From NCBI GenBank assembly GCA_001642005.1, contig LWCA01000222.1, forward strand, positions 1 to 39,863: 39,863 nt of DNA. Direction: 5' to 3'. Below are positions 24,601 to 37,338 of this stretch, one piece after another. The first letter of the stretch is position 1. Every line of letters begins with the position of its first letter. The notes beneath the pieces are model-generated. The model did not search any database. It was not told the DNA's origin and was given only the letters and a program-made list of their open reading frames with translations. The DNA is from Intoshia linei (taxonomy: Eukaryota; Animalia; Orthonectida). The translations under genes were made by a program, and so were the position numbers.

Positions 24601-24790
24601 GTAAATAGTTTATATCTTGAATAACAAATATTTTTACCACGAGATAACCCTCTTCATGAATTGCTCTAACTACCTTCATAAATCGAGTTATTCTTAAGGT
24701 TTTTTCATATTTACACATACTCAAGTCCTGCACATAGTATTCTATCGGATATAATTGCGTAGGTGCTATTCTAGTCAAATCGTTGCCCAT
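18623..24790 (-). CDS. PIK3R4: Phosphoinositide 3-kinase regulatory subunit 4 (VPS15)
   Basis: MGNDL myristoylation start, pseudokinase motifs (TRFMKV, RQY..NLHDR..RPFL, HGDLK, DFAPFKPVYLP, CYVAPERF), HEAT region, and WD40 exons (WNPKGICICHIHEH..VNR, ASCSNDGTAKLW, HHDSITD, SGRDGVIIFWV*). Exon 1 is 24790-22096, followed by 21688-21533, 21495-21456 and 19951 onward. Confidence 0.96.
20122..20220 (+). mobile_element. Helitron 5' fragment in a VPS15 intron
   Basis: TATGTAAAGTAA...AAAAATATGTCTGTCTGTGTAACCATTTATT, similar to 11970-12020 and 12625-12660. Confidence 0.55.
20946..21184. mobile_element. hAT-like MITE in a VPS15 intron
   Basis: TIRs TAAGGGTGCACAACCT / AGGTTGTGCACCCCTG; the TSD is not cleanly preserved. 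Confidence 0.6.
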
Positions 24791-25987
24791 TTCTTTTAAA
24801 ATTTAAATATGTAATTTCATTATCATATCAAGTAAATAAAGATTTAATTATTGTATTCATAGTATTCGTCGTCATTATCAATAGAAAATTTAATTTTGCT
24901 CATGTTTAAATAACTTTTTTTTCAAAGTCTTCCTATTTTTCTTAAGGACTGCATGCAGACTCGAAACTAGCTAGCTCGAGGCCACGCGGAAATGAAAAAT
25001 GGACCTTAAAAAAATTTCAATAACGATGTATAGTTTCATATAACCATAGCCACCTCTCTAGGCTCTTGAATTGACATTTTAAATTTAATATAAAATAGTT
25101 ATGATATTCAAAAATATAATTTTTGGTCCTAAACAAAATCCTAAATTTGGCAGAATAAAAATTAGGTCGAGGCCCCTAAGAGGGTTCTCGGTACTATAGA
25201 TTCGGCACTGATTCAATGTCACGTAAATGATGATCTACTTGACTGAACTACGATAGAATAGGGTCAATTTTATTAATTAAATTATATCAGTAATTCTCTA
25301 CATTTTGGAGTGTGCGAGTGCGACCCGTCCAAATTTATTTATTTATCCTGGACCCCTGCATTGAAATCAGTCAAAATGTTTATTAAATTAGAATAAATAA
25401 ATTTACAAAGTTTTTTTTGCTGGTAAAATTTAGATTTTAATAAAATTTGGAATCACGAATCTCATTGAGAAACACTAACTGACTTTAAAACGGATTTTAT
25501 ATTTATTCTGTAGGCCCTGAGGTTCACATCGACAATTTTAAATCAACGCTTCCAAAATGCCGATCCATGTAAATATTTTTTTAAAGCATTTCAAATAAAT
25601 TGTATTTTTAAAATAAAATAAAAATATCGTATTTTTTTAATTTTGTCTATAGTAATTTCGTTTTTACAACATTTTACAAACAAAATTTTAAAAACAATTG
25701 TTATCCCATTTTTTTTATTTATTAGACAGAATGTGTGTATTAGCGTGTCACACCCATCAAAGAATCAAGGGCAATTAGTACTACAAGTGTGTACTTTTAA
25801 AATAGAAAAACTAATTCGCAATCAAAAACATTTAATGCTATCTATTCGAGTTGCGTTTGTCATTTTAAATATCACTGTATAAATATTATAGAGAAATTAA
25901 AACTGAACTTTATTTTAACGGAAATTGGTGTGTGAGCTTTTGAACGTGGTACCGAATTGATAATATTGTTCTCCATGTTTAGTTATA

Positions 25988-26164
25988 CAGTTTATTTTTT
26001 TAATTTGTTTCTAGCTCAATTTTTTTATATTTTATGGAATTAATATTATGCAATTGAATATAATTTAAATAATTTTAATTGGCTATTTAGCCAGAATTCG
26101 AAAAATTAAATCGTTAATAAAATCCAAAAAAATTGAGCTAGGAACAAATTTAAAAAATAAACTG
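25988..26164. mobile_element. Tc1/mariner-type MITE or long hairpin
   Basis: About 40-bp near-perfect inverted repeats CAGTTTATTTTTT.AATTTGTT.CTAGCTCAATTTTTTT, flanked by TA. Confidence 0.75.
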
Positions 26165-26800
26165 TATAACTGTAATATAAATAATGTGTAATATCTGTTT
26201 GAATTTTTCACCAGTTCCGTTATATTGTAGCTTGAGTTTTCTGCACTTTGTACAAAACATACATAACTTTATTATTTACCATTATTATTATTATTTTAAT
26301 TATACCAAAACATTCAATTTAAATAACATACAAAAAATATTCCGTCTGATTTTGGCGCAATTATTAATGATAATAATTTTATTATATGTGAAATAATCTT
26401 GGTAATTTTTGGATCCTGCTGGTGCCACCCTGGCATTGTTTTAATAAGGTTCATTTTATTTGATTGTAGTGTATTTCGTTATATGAAACGAATTAATCTG
26501 AATTTGAGACGAAATTCTGAGTTGCATTTTGGTAAAAATAATAAATATTAATGAATTTAAATTGTAAAGTTATGACTTATGACAAAAAACAATAAGATGT
26601 AGATGTAAATAAGATCCCGTAAACTAAAAATATAATGCGAATAAAATATGTATTGATTGTGACGTTGTACTTTTAAAATATCTTGGATATGAAAATTGGG
26701 TCAATAAGCAGAATTTGAATGAAATGATATATACAATACAGAATGAATAAAGTTATCGGTAAATAAATTGTGACAGTTGTTTATTTAAAATGATTAAGAG

Positions 26801-29800
26801 ATGAACGAAAAGAATAATGATAATTTCGACAGAGACAAGGAAACTAAATGTAATGAATCATTCCAAACGAACATTGACAGTAAATCCTGTGCAAAAACAC
26901 TTACTTCAATGAAGAAAAATATACCGATGCAATTTATAACAAATTCTATATCTGACGGTGTTTCCGAACTAGCCAATAATTTGTACGAAGAAATGAATGC
27001 ATTGGTAGGAAAATATGGGAGTAACGCAATTGCTAATTTAATGCCCTATGTAGTGACAACTTTGGAAAGATTGGAAAAGTTACACAATGATCAAAATGCA
27101 TTACATGTAGAATATGAAATTGCTACTGAAGATAATGAACAATTACACCGACAATACGAACGTGAGAGGAAATTGCGTAAAGATGCCAATGAAAAATCCT
27201 TTACAATGGAAGATACACTGGAACAAAAAATTCAGTCTCTCGAAGATAAAGTTGTTCAATGTAATAATAAAGAAAAAAGAGCTAAAATAAAAAACAATCA
27301 ACTTTCCGAGTGTATATCGAGACTGGAAAAGAATAACAATGAACTACAGACACATGTAGAAAGTTTACAAAATCGTTACAAAGACTTGTTCAAAAGTCAT
27401 TGCGTTTTGGTTGAAAAACAAAAATCTAAAAATGACAAAGAAAAAGATAAAGACCATGGACACCATGAAAATGATGAAAAAATTCATGAACCCATTTTGT
27501 CTAATTTTGAAGAAAATAATGATTTTGAAACATATGATCACGAAATTTATAATGAACTTTCTGAAATGTCCAAAGATGACGCGTCGGATCATATTCAAAT
27601 TTCTAATAATTGTGTGAATCGTATCGAAAAAACAAATTCTGAGGACATGCGTTCTTTAAAAAATGATTCTGACGGTGAAGCAAAAAATCAAGCTTCTTCG
27701 TTATATTCGTATGCGGGGACATCTACCTTGAACGAAGAACTTGTGTACTCTGATATGAGTAAACAAATTGAAAGAATTTTACATGAGAATAATGAATTGT
27801 ATGGTACCAAAAATGCTCTGAATGTCATAAAAGATGATTTACTTGAACAAATTGATGTTTTGTCTGCTGAAATAAAAATTGTCCAGGATAATTTACAGTT
27901 TGCTAGTACTGAAAACAAAACTAACGTTAAAAGGATAAAATTATTAAATTTGGAAATTAAAAAATATAAAAGCAAACTCATTGAACAGGCTGAAGCTTAT
28001 GAAAAAAATGAATTAAAATCCAAACGATTTGATCGCTTGGAAATGGCCAGAGTAGTTAATGAAAGAAACGACTACAAGTATAAATTATATGAACTCAGAG
28101 AAGCTGTACGTTGGACTGAGATGCTGCGTGCAAATAAACAAATTGCTGAAACAGTAGAAGAATCCAAACCAAAGAGTGCATTTTCCAAATTATTTAATGT
28201 TTTGTTTAAAAAAACGTTAGAAAAATCTGACAACACGGAAAATTTAAATTTTCCAGACAACGGTTCAGATCGTCGTAGGAGTAGAAAAGAAATATTGAAA
28301 TCAAAATCTACCATGGAACACTTGACTACATCATCATTTTTAACTACCAGTGATGAATCTACTAGTCGGCGTCACGCTTATTCTAAATATACACTAGGTA
28401 ATTCAACATTTAACGAATATTCGTCGAAAAACGAAAATGAATACAATTTAATTTACGGATGGTCAATTTTATCCAATGATACTTTTGGAATAAATGAAAT
28501 TACACGAAATCTTCCTATACCTGTTTATTGCAACAAATTGCATTTTAATCCTGATGTCGGACAGGTAACGGTTTTATCGATATTTTTAAATTCTGTTTAG
28601 ATGTTTGCTGCTGTCGCAGTTAATATGAATGGAGCTGATTTAGAAGATAATATTACTTTGATTGGTGGTTCAAAATTTTATACTTCTCGGTTAGATCAAA
28701 TGAAAATTAAAAACAGATTATCACATGTACCTTCCATCGCTGAAAATGACTTGAATGATTTAGAAAATGATGATGTTGACGAACTCAGTCATGAATTGGA
28801 GGTAAGTATTTTTTTATGAAAATGTTGAAAGTGCTCTGTCCGATTTTCAACAAAATGTAAATGAAAAATTTATTTTACATTTTGGATTAATAAATTTTGT
28901 CATTATAATGAAATTAATATAAAATATATTCACTTTTGCGACGCGTAATTTTTTTAGAAAACTGGATCACGACGAAATTTTTGTAAAATTGGCATTAAAA
29001 AAATTATATTCCTGAATCCGCATCACTATTTTGTGTTTAAATTTAAATTTAAAATATCAAATTAAGAGGCTTAGAGAGGTCGTTAGACTATATGACACTA
29101 TAGTTTGCGGATAAAAAAATTTGGGGCCTATTTTTAATTTTAGGGTGGCTTCGAGCTGGACAGGTTTGGTTATACTCGGAACTGTCAGTTGGGAACCACG
29201 TTCTATATCTATGAATTAATATATAACATTTGAAAACCGTTGAAATGTCGAGTAAATATTTATTTAGGAGCATACTAAACTTGTCGAAAATTCAATAAAT
29301 TCTTGCGACCCATCTTCTAATTTATGGATAGTCAACAACAACACAACCTCCAACAATTCTACGATAAATATCGTAGATGTGCATCATACTGATAAATCAT
29401 ATTCAAACATTAAATTAATCAATATACTAGTTACCGCTATAGCATTTGTTCCAGGTATTGATAATGATATAATGTATTTCCACTTATTTAGCGTATTCAT
29501 TCAGAAAACAGTTTGATAACATTAACATGAAAGAATTTGTTAAAACACGTAAAAATGAAAATAAACACACAAATTTTTTAAAATCGGCCATTTATAACAA
29601 GAATTTATCAAATGACATTAGTGATTCTTACATGAGCTATGACATTGATGGGAATTTAGAAGTTATTGACGGTGATAATGTTACTAAATGTAATTATTCT
29701 AATTATTTTGACAAAGAAAATGCTTTAGCTGCGAAAGAATTGATTGATCCGTCTAAATTTTCAACCGCATCAATCATTTCTATAGCTGAAACTATCGAAT

Positions 29801-31787
29801 ACTTTGAATCCTCTGACATTGAGAGTTCATCTTCACGAATAATTTTTTATACGTCTAACAAAGGTTTGCTTATTATAATAATTATCATACATTATTTATT
29901 CAATTCTTTTGTAGGTAATGATAAAAAGCTATCTGAGCGGCAAAACACATTAAATGATTCAAAAATTGAAAATGCTGATTCAATCACCAGTGACCACCAA
30001 CCTAAAATCCAAAAAAACATATATTTTGATGAATATTCTGACAGTTTGGTTTTGTGTAATCAGGAAAGAAACAGTTCTAGTGAAAATACGAGAGAAATTC
30101 TGAATACAGCCTATAATGATGCGGCCTTCTCATGCTACGACGCAAAACGAGATAATATACTGATCCAGGGTACTCAATGGGTGGGAACTTCATCCGGAAA
30201 GTATTTTATTCATTTTAATTTTATTGTAGAAATGTGAGCGGGGAATATAAAAACCCTTTTAATTATTATTTATAATTTTTGGTTATCTATTAATTTCGTC
30301 ATATTGGATTGAGGGATTTATACATGGTATAATACACTTTACATTGTACAGTTTTTACACTTTTACTTTGTAACTTTACAATTAATCATTTTACATTTTT
30401 GTTAATTTTATTTTAATAATTTTAGAATCTACATATTTTCTGCTGTAACAAATTACAGACGTACTCTTCAATCCTTTCAAATCGACGACGTTCCACAATC
30501 TATCGTGTAACATTTTATTTTTTTATAAATAAACTACTTTTTTTCAGACACGTTCGTGGCAGAGTTTTTGTTGGTGTTTCTCAAGGAAAAGTATTGATTT
30601 ATCAACGACATTCTCATGGTTATATTTTGAATATTATTTTTGACTTTTTTTTAGACCATAGTTGGGATATACATAGTTATCTTTCAATCAATCTAGGATC
30701 TCCAGTTCAACAAATTAAAAATTTGTGTGTTGTTGCAGATAAATTTATTTGGTGTAGCCACCGTAATTTTGTACATATTATTGATGCCAAATCTCTTGAC
30801 TTGATTGTAATAATAACAATATTATCGTTATTTATTTTTTAGAAAAGTATACAAGTTTCACAGCGTCAAGATTACACAGTTAATAAAATGGCATGGTATG
30901 GTGACGGAATGTGGATTTCAATGCGACTGGATTCACGCTTACGACTTTTTAATGTTTATACATATGCTTTAATACAAGAAATTAATATTGAACAACTTGT
31001 TAAAAAATATTTATGTAATGTTTTTTGATTTTGAGTTTTTTTAATTAACTTTGATAATGTTTAGCAATTTTTAAAATTTGCTATTTGGGTTAATTTTAAA
31101 CATTAAACAAGTAGATACGCTAAAAATTTAATATAATTTTAATTTTAGCAGATGAATCTGACTTTTATTCAGTTATTCGAATTTCGTCTTTATCGCTCTC
31201 CTTAAAACGAATGTGGATTGGCACTGCACAGGGTGTGATTTTATGCATTCCATTATTTAAAGGTAATTACTAATTACCATTTGGGACAGTATTATATACA
31301 ATACTTTAGATGGAAATATCATTAAACCAACTAAAGATGAAGCTTGTATACAAAAATCTAAACCATCAGGTTCAATTGTTAGATTGTACGCAGACGAGGA
31401 TAAAAACTACATTTTACCGGCTAGCGTTATACCCTACTGTGATTTATCAAAAACTCAAATTAGCTTTCATGGCTTTAAAAATAGCGTTAATTTTATCATT
31501 CCCGTTAAAGATGAATCAAAACAACGTAATATTGAACTTTTTTTTTTTAGAAAAATTTTTCAAAATAATTTAGACCTCAATTATAACAACTCAATTCAAA
31601 CAAGTAAAAAGAATAAATTTTTAATTTTATGCGGTGGCAATGGGTATATTGAGTTTCGACATCGTAATTAAGATTATATTGTTTAAATATCCATATTTTA
31701 GAAAATGTTGATGAAATAAAAAAATTAAGCCATTCTGAAGATATCACGCCAAATTTAGACCCCCATCTCATAATGTGGAAAATTTAA
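26801..31787 (+). CDS. MAPK8IP3: JNK-interacting protein 3/4 (UNC-16/Sunday driver family motor adaptor)
   Basis: RH1 (LANNLYEEM..LV.KYG..AIANLMPYVV..LERLE), LZII (ENNELYGTKNALNVIKDDL), RH2 (KRFDRLEMARVVNERNDYKYKLYELREAVRWTEMLRA) and a WD40-like C-terminus (QISFHGFKNSVNFI, GGNGYIEFR, HLIMWKI*). Exon 1 is 26801-28564. Confidence 0.95.
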
Positions 31788-31961
31788 ATATGTACAAAAT
31801 ATTAAATTATCACAGTTTTAACCAACCTTACCAAATTATTGTAACTTTGTAAGATTAAATTATTTACGATATTGTTTTGTTCATTATTTTTTTGTTTTTA
31901 TTTTTTAAATTAAAATTTAATCCATGACAAAGTAAACATTTATAATTTTAGTGTAAATTTT

Positions 31962-34900
31962 ATGAAAAGTGATCAAAATACCTTACCGGAAAATGACTGC
32001 GCTATCGTTAGTTTTTGGTCAAATTTTTTTAATTATTTTTAGGTTAAAGTTAAATATTTAAAAAACCATAAAAAGTCGGTTACTAGTTGTCAAATTGTAG
32101 CCAACGACACTCGATTAATTAGTGTAATATTAAGTACTAAAGTGGTTAATTTTGATTTTAGGCTTCAGAGGACACATGGATTATATTGTGGGATTTAAAA
32201 ACATTTCGCAAAATATATGTTTACCAAGGACATCAGAAGCATATATCTCGTGTTAGGTCTTTGGATAGTGGTGAAAAGTATTAATTTTACATTATGTTGA
32301 ATTGTGCATTATTCATAGATTTGCATCTTGTGGTTGGGATAAATTGTTAATTCTATGGGATACGGAAACTCAAAGATATACAGTACTTTAATCACCCATT
32401 CCAAACCTTTTGAGTTAAACTTGGTTAAAATGGTACATTTGTATTTTGAAATGTTTTTTAATCTAAAAACGGATATGCTTTTTTATCTACGCCGTAATAT
32501 TAATATATAACTTAAATTTAAAAATGACTACACAAGATTTCGGTTATAGGTTGCATGTATCCACTCAGATTCGTTACTTTGTGTACAACGTGAGATGTAT
32601 TAACTATTACCCTAAACAGTTATGTTAGTAAAAATTATTATTAAACTATTTCAAGGTGAAAGTTTTTCCTAATTAATTAAGAATACCCACCAAAAATGAT
32701 CAAGTTATAAATCATTGCAGATCCGAAACGAAAGTGCTCTAGCCCCCTCCGAAAATAGAAATAGGTGTGATAAATAATTTTACCTGTTTGGAATGGTTGA
32801 TTTAGTTTTATTTGATTTATTCAACTGAAAGCAACATTAAATTATAATAGTGGCAGCATAAGTGCAAAACAATACCTACTTCGTTGGATATTTCAAAAGA
32901 ACCTAATTATATTGTTTATGCAACAGATATTGACCATACAATTAAAATTTGGGATGAACGTGTTGGTAAAAATGTTTATGAAATTAAAGGTAATTTATAA
33001 AAATTTCATGAATGTTTTATCAGGAAATTAATTTTTTCAGCCAATTTTAAAAAAATAAAAGTTGAATAAGGGCAGTGTCCAGGACACAATGTTTTTTTAA
33101 TAAATTTACAAAATGTAGGTAGAGTAGAATGAGTTGTAATTGTTTAGCTAAATCTTATCAATGTTAGTTTAATTACGTTTATGTAGAAATTGACCTTCAA
33201 ATACAGTTAATTTTATGTGTATGGTAATGGTAAATTTAAAATAAATTTACAAATACTTTTACATTTGGTGAAGTGGTTGAAAGTAAAATAATAAATTTTC
33301 GGGAACTGTCAATAAAATAAAATCATTTAAAATGTATAGGAATGCATTTGGACACTGTAACCTCTGTAATGTTGTCACAGCACAAGGATAGAATTATAAC
33401 AACATCTATGGATTATAAATGCAAATTATTTGATTTGAGATCAAAAAGAATTACATTAACATTAGCGTAATAATATAATAATGAATAATTGCATGTCACA
33501 AAAATTCATTTCATGGCCGCGCTTTAGACCAGCTTGTCTAACATCATTTTTTTTAAAAAGGTAAAAAAGTATCAATTAAAATCGATTTGGCCCTATACAA
33601 TAAAACAATTACCAATCTCTCTGTGTGACTATTCCAATTAATCTTAATTTAGTGATTTCTGTTATATTTATTTTAGTTTGTGGTGTGTATGTTAGTTATT
33701 ATAATATTTAGATATCACGACGGTGTTGTATCGTCGGCTAGTTTATCTAAAAATGAGCACACCTTAGCCACTGTATCATGGGATAAGTCTATTTGCATAT
33801 GGGATATTTCAACAGGTTCATATCGGTACATTTATTTTAATTAATTTAGAAAAATTTAATTTATTTTGTCAATTTATATAAATTAGATTAAATAAACCAC
33901 AAGTTGTCGATAGAGCCCATGAAGGAAGTATAAGTTGTTGTTCTATATCAACTCATGGTAATCCTATATTAATTGGGTAATCGGTATCAACATTTTAAAA
34001 TATTAAATTTGGATTATTAAAATTATGACTGAACACAAAATTTTACATATCATTAAAGATTTTAAATTTTATAGCTGATGGGTTCAAAATTTTTACAGTC
34101 CAAATTATCGGTCTCAATACGCTCAACAAAAAAATGCTGGTAAACACTGATCTATAATTTTTTAAACTTTTTCCGATTAATAAAGGATAACAAAAATTCA
34201 TCAATCTTTTTATCAAAAATATTATACAAAATTAGAAATAAAAAAAATTTATCGTTTTTCCGAATTTAATACATTTCAAAAAATAAATAAAGGTCAAAAT
34301 AGAATAGCGCCAATGTACATAATACAATGTACCTAATATATATAATTTATATGTAGAATAACTAATATATGTTTTAATTTAATTTAATTTTTATAAAGTG
34401 TTATTTTTATAGGGACATTGCTTGCAACTGGATCTTTTGATAAAACGTATGAAATTAGTTAAAAATATAATATTTATTACAATAAATTTGAATAAAAGAT
34501 ATTAATAATATATCAACATATTTAAAAATTAGAATAGCAATATGGGACGTTAACACAATGACGGAGAAAATACGATTCCAGGTATGATAAAAAATCAACT
34601 CAACCAAAATTATGACGTTTTGAGATCCCTGCACGGTTTGAAAGTTAAAGATTATAAAACTTGTTGGTATCATAAAATAAAAAATTTATTGTAGATGGTT
34701 TTCTGGATTTCCAGTTTTTAAATCATTTAAATTTATCTTGATTGTATTTTAAAATATTGATAAAACAGTTTCAAAATCACCAAACTTCTCAGTTTTTGAC
34801 ATATTCGTACAACTTCATTTACACATCTACACACTACATTTCTTTCCATGCATCAGTCGATGTTTTTGGTATTTATTATTTAATTCACATAAATATTTTC

Positions 34901-36435
34901 TGTTTTGTAACATTGATTCACGTATTTACACGTACCGTTGCAAGGATCCAATTTTTGCATAATAATTTAATTATTATGTTACATTTTAAAGTTACCATTT
35001 ATATGCATATATTATAAAGGGACATTCTGATTGGATTCAAGATGTAGCCATTTCCAGCCAAAATGATTTTTTTGTGTCAACTTCACGTGTAATTATTTTT
35101 ATCATCAACTTAAAAAATTATTATATTGTCCAATATATAGTAATGTAGTGTAAAGTAGGTAATATGTATAGTAAATAAAACTTGGCTAAAATAATTTCAC
35201 GCCACTCTTTGAAAAAATTACTACCAAAAATTACTTGTAATCGTTAATAATAAAATGTATAATATTATTTTAAGAATATACTATAGTGTAATGTATTATG
35301 GAAACAAACTAAATTTTCAATTTTTGAAGATTGAAAACAGAAATTTGAATATTCAACATTTCGCTTTTGTAAAGTTTTCAGTAAATTGGAGAAATAAAAT
35401 TTAAAAAAAATGTTTTTATTAAAAGTTTCAAAGTATTTCGCGCCACCCAATTTGGCGAACACTGGTCTAACATTTAATCTAAATGGTTGCCTAATTTTTC
35501 TTGTAAAATAAGTTCGTTAATCGAAAAAAATATATAATAAAAATTACCCATTCAAAATTTGTATTTCAAAATCGTGGATTTCTTGTCATTTAATTTTTAT
35601 TCAAATAAAGCTTTCATAAATATATATTACCTGTTTGAATTTTGGCGCAATTATTAATGATGATAATTTTATTTATGTGAATAATAATCACGGTAAATTT
35701 AAAAATATTACCTGTCTGAATTTTGGCGCAATTATTAATGATTATAATTTTATTTATGTGACAAATAATCATGGTAAATTTAAAAATATTACCTGTATGA
35801 ATTTTGGCGCAATTATTTATAATTATAATTTTATTTATGTGACTAATAATCATAGTAAATTGAAAAATATTACCTGTGTGAATTTTGGCGCAATTATTTA
35901 TGATTATAATTTTATTTAATCGCTAGTAGCGATTTACTACCCTTTTTAGTAGTGTAATAAAAATATTTGAACTATTGAAATTGATTAATTTACATGTTAT
36001 AATGAAATAATATTAATATAATGACAAGTAAAGATGTTATTTATCTAAACTTAATTAAACTAAACTAATTTATAATTAGGATGGAATGATCAGAGTTTGG
36101 GATATTTCAAATTTGGAAAAATTACCAATTGTTCGTTCTAAAAAGAAATTTACAAACTTTATAGGTGTACGGGTAATAAATCTAATTGTCTTTCAACTTT
36201 TCTATTTATTATATATATTGCATGAATAAAATAATACTATTCAATGAAACATTTATAGTTATAATGACATCTTGTAAAAATAATATTAATAATCAATTAC
36301 ATATCCATCATAAATTTTTATACTTTACATTTAAAAAAAATTTAGTGTGAAAAATGCGGAAAACCGATACCTAGCAAGGACGCTGAATTGTATAAAGATT
36401 TATGCTCAAATTGTACGTTTATCAATGTTGTATAA
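31962..36435 (+). CDS. WDR88: WD repeat-containing protein 88
   Basis: Spliced WD40 repeats (ASEDTWIILWD, CGWDKLLILWDTETQRYTW, DIDHTIKIWD, SWDKSICIWDISTGSYR, HEGSISCC, GHSDWIQDVAIS, RDGMIRVWDI..LEKLPIV) and a C-terminal CEKC...CSNC, matching the WDR88 architecture. The start codon is inferred. Confidence 0.85.
35624..35918. repeat. 81-bp minisatellite, about 3.6 copies, in a WDR88 intron
   Basis: Unit AATATTACCTGT.TGAATTTTGGCGCAATTATT.ATGA..ATAATTTTATTTATGTGA...ATAATCA.GGTAAATTTAAA with an exact 81-bp period (35630, 35711, 35792, 35873). Confidence 0.95.
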
Positions 36436-36506
36436 TAAAAGTATAATGTAAATATTGATTCATGTAATTTATCATATGCAGCTATTTATCTAAATATATT
36501 TATCGA

Positions 36507-37338
36507 ATGGTTTGTTCTTACTTGAAAGTTTCCTCTAAAAATACCATTAGAAATAACATTATACTAAATTCTGGTAAATTTGACTAAAATTAAATGTCAT
36601 CAAAATGAACATAGGTATGCAAATTTTCGGTTCGGACAGAGACATGTTACTGCTTAAAAATTTTAATTTGATTGAAGGAAATTATTATGATATTATCGAA
36701 TGTATTATATCCACAGATTCGCAATCAAATTCTTACATTTTTCCTATTGGACAATCCTTGTTAATTAATAATATAAAAACTACTTCCAAAAGAAGCTTGA
36801 AAGAAGGTAATTCGTCAATTTTTCTTTCCATCGAAAGTTGATGAATTTGTATTGATGTTGCAATTAGATGTTTTAGTATTTTTTTAGGTGATAAAATTCA
36901 CATGGGAAGCAAGTACAAATATGTTTATCATAAATGTAATTTTTTCAGTTTTATTTTGCTTGCCAATGCAAACTTGGTTAAGTCTTAATTTGAGTTTATA
37001 TTGTAATACATTTAGCTCGCGAAGTTAACGAACGAACATCCCCAGAATCCACGCACAGACTAAGTATGGCTTTAAGAAGTTATATCAAAGATGACAAAAA
37101 GGAAGTTAAAAAAAAAAAAATTAAACCTTTAAAAAAAAAAAACAAGACTAATTCCAAAGGTTCGTTTGATATAAACGTTATAGCAGACTCAAAATTAAAT
37201 ACAATTAAAAATTTGGATAAAAAAAAGAAAATAGAAAGTAGAACGTCAATTAAAACGACTGTTGCAACTGCTATTAAAAATTTTTCAGTTATACCGCGCA
37301 AAAATGATAAAAAAGTAATAATTCAGATTAATTCCTAA
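36507..37338 (+). CDS. Uncharacterised protein with an N-terminal FHA-like domain and Lys-rich region; may extend via further exons to about 38330
   Basis: Exons 36507-36573, 36615-36806, 36888-36935 and 37016 onward join in phase: MVCSYLKV...LNSGMQIFGSD...FPIGQSLLINNIKTTSKRSLKEGDKIHMGSKYKYVY (FHA-like end L..GD.I..G), followed by KKEVKKKKIKPLKKK. Confidence 0.6.

Noticed and set aside
26794-28314. Antisense and alternative-frame ORFs over JIP3 exon 1 (similarly 9263, 11731, 22120, 24286, 31310, 31577, 37080, 39349)
   Set aside because: Shadow ORFs of real coding sequence, with no motifs and low-complexity translations.
31924-31961. Upstream ATG and 20-nt intron extending WDR88
   Set aside because: In frame, but 20 nt is far below every other intron seen here (35 nt or more).
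35614-35919. Two ORFs with 27-aa repeats; CRISPR-like periodicity
   Set aside because: The ORFs are by-products of an 81-bp (3n) tandem unit inside a WDR88 intron. There are no unique spacers, no cas genes, and the context is eukaryotic.
36433-36440. TAA TAA read-through or a reassigned genetic code
   Set aside because: TAA, TAG and TGA each terminate conserved genes at the expected positions (PDIA6, VPS15, TMEM128), and long exons contain no in-frame stops.
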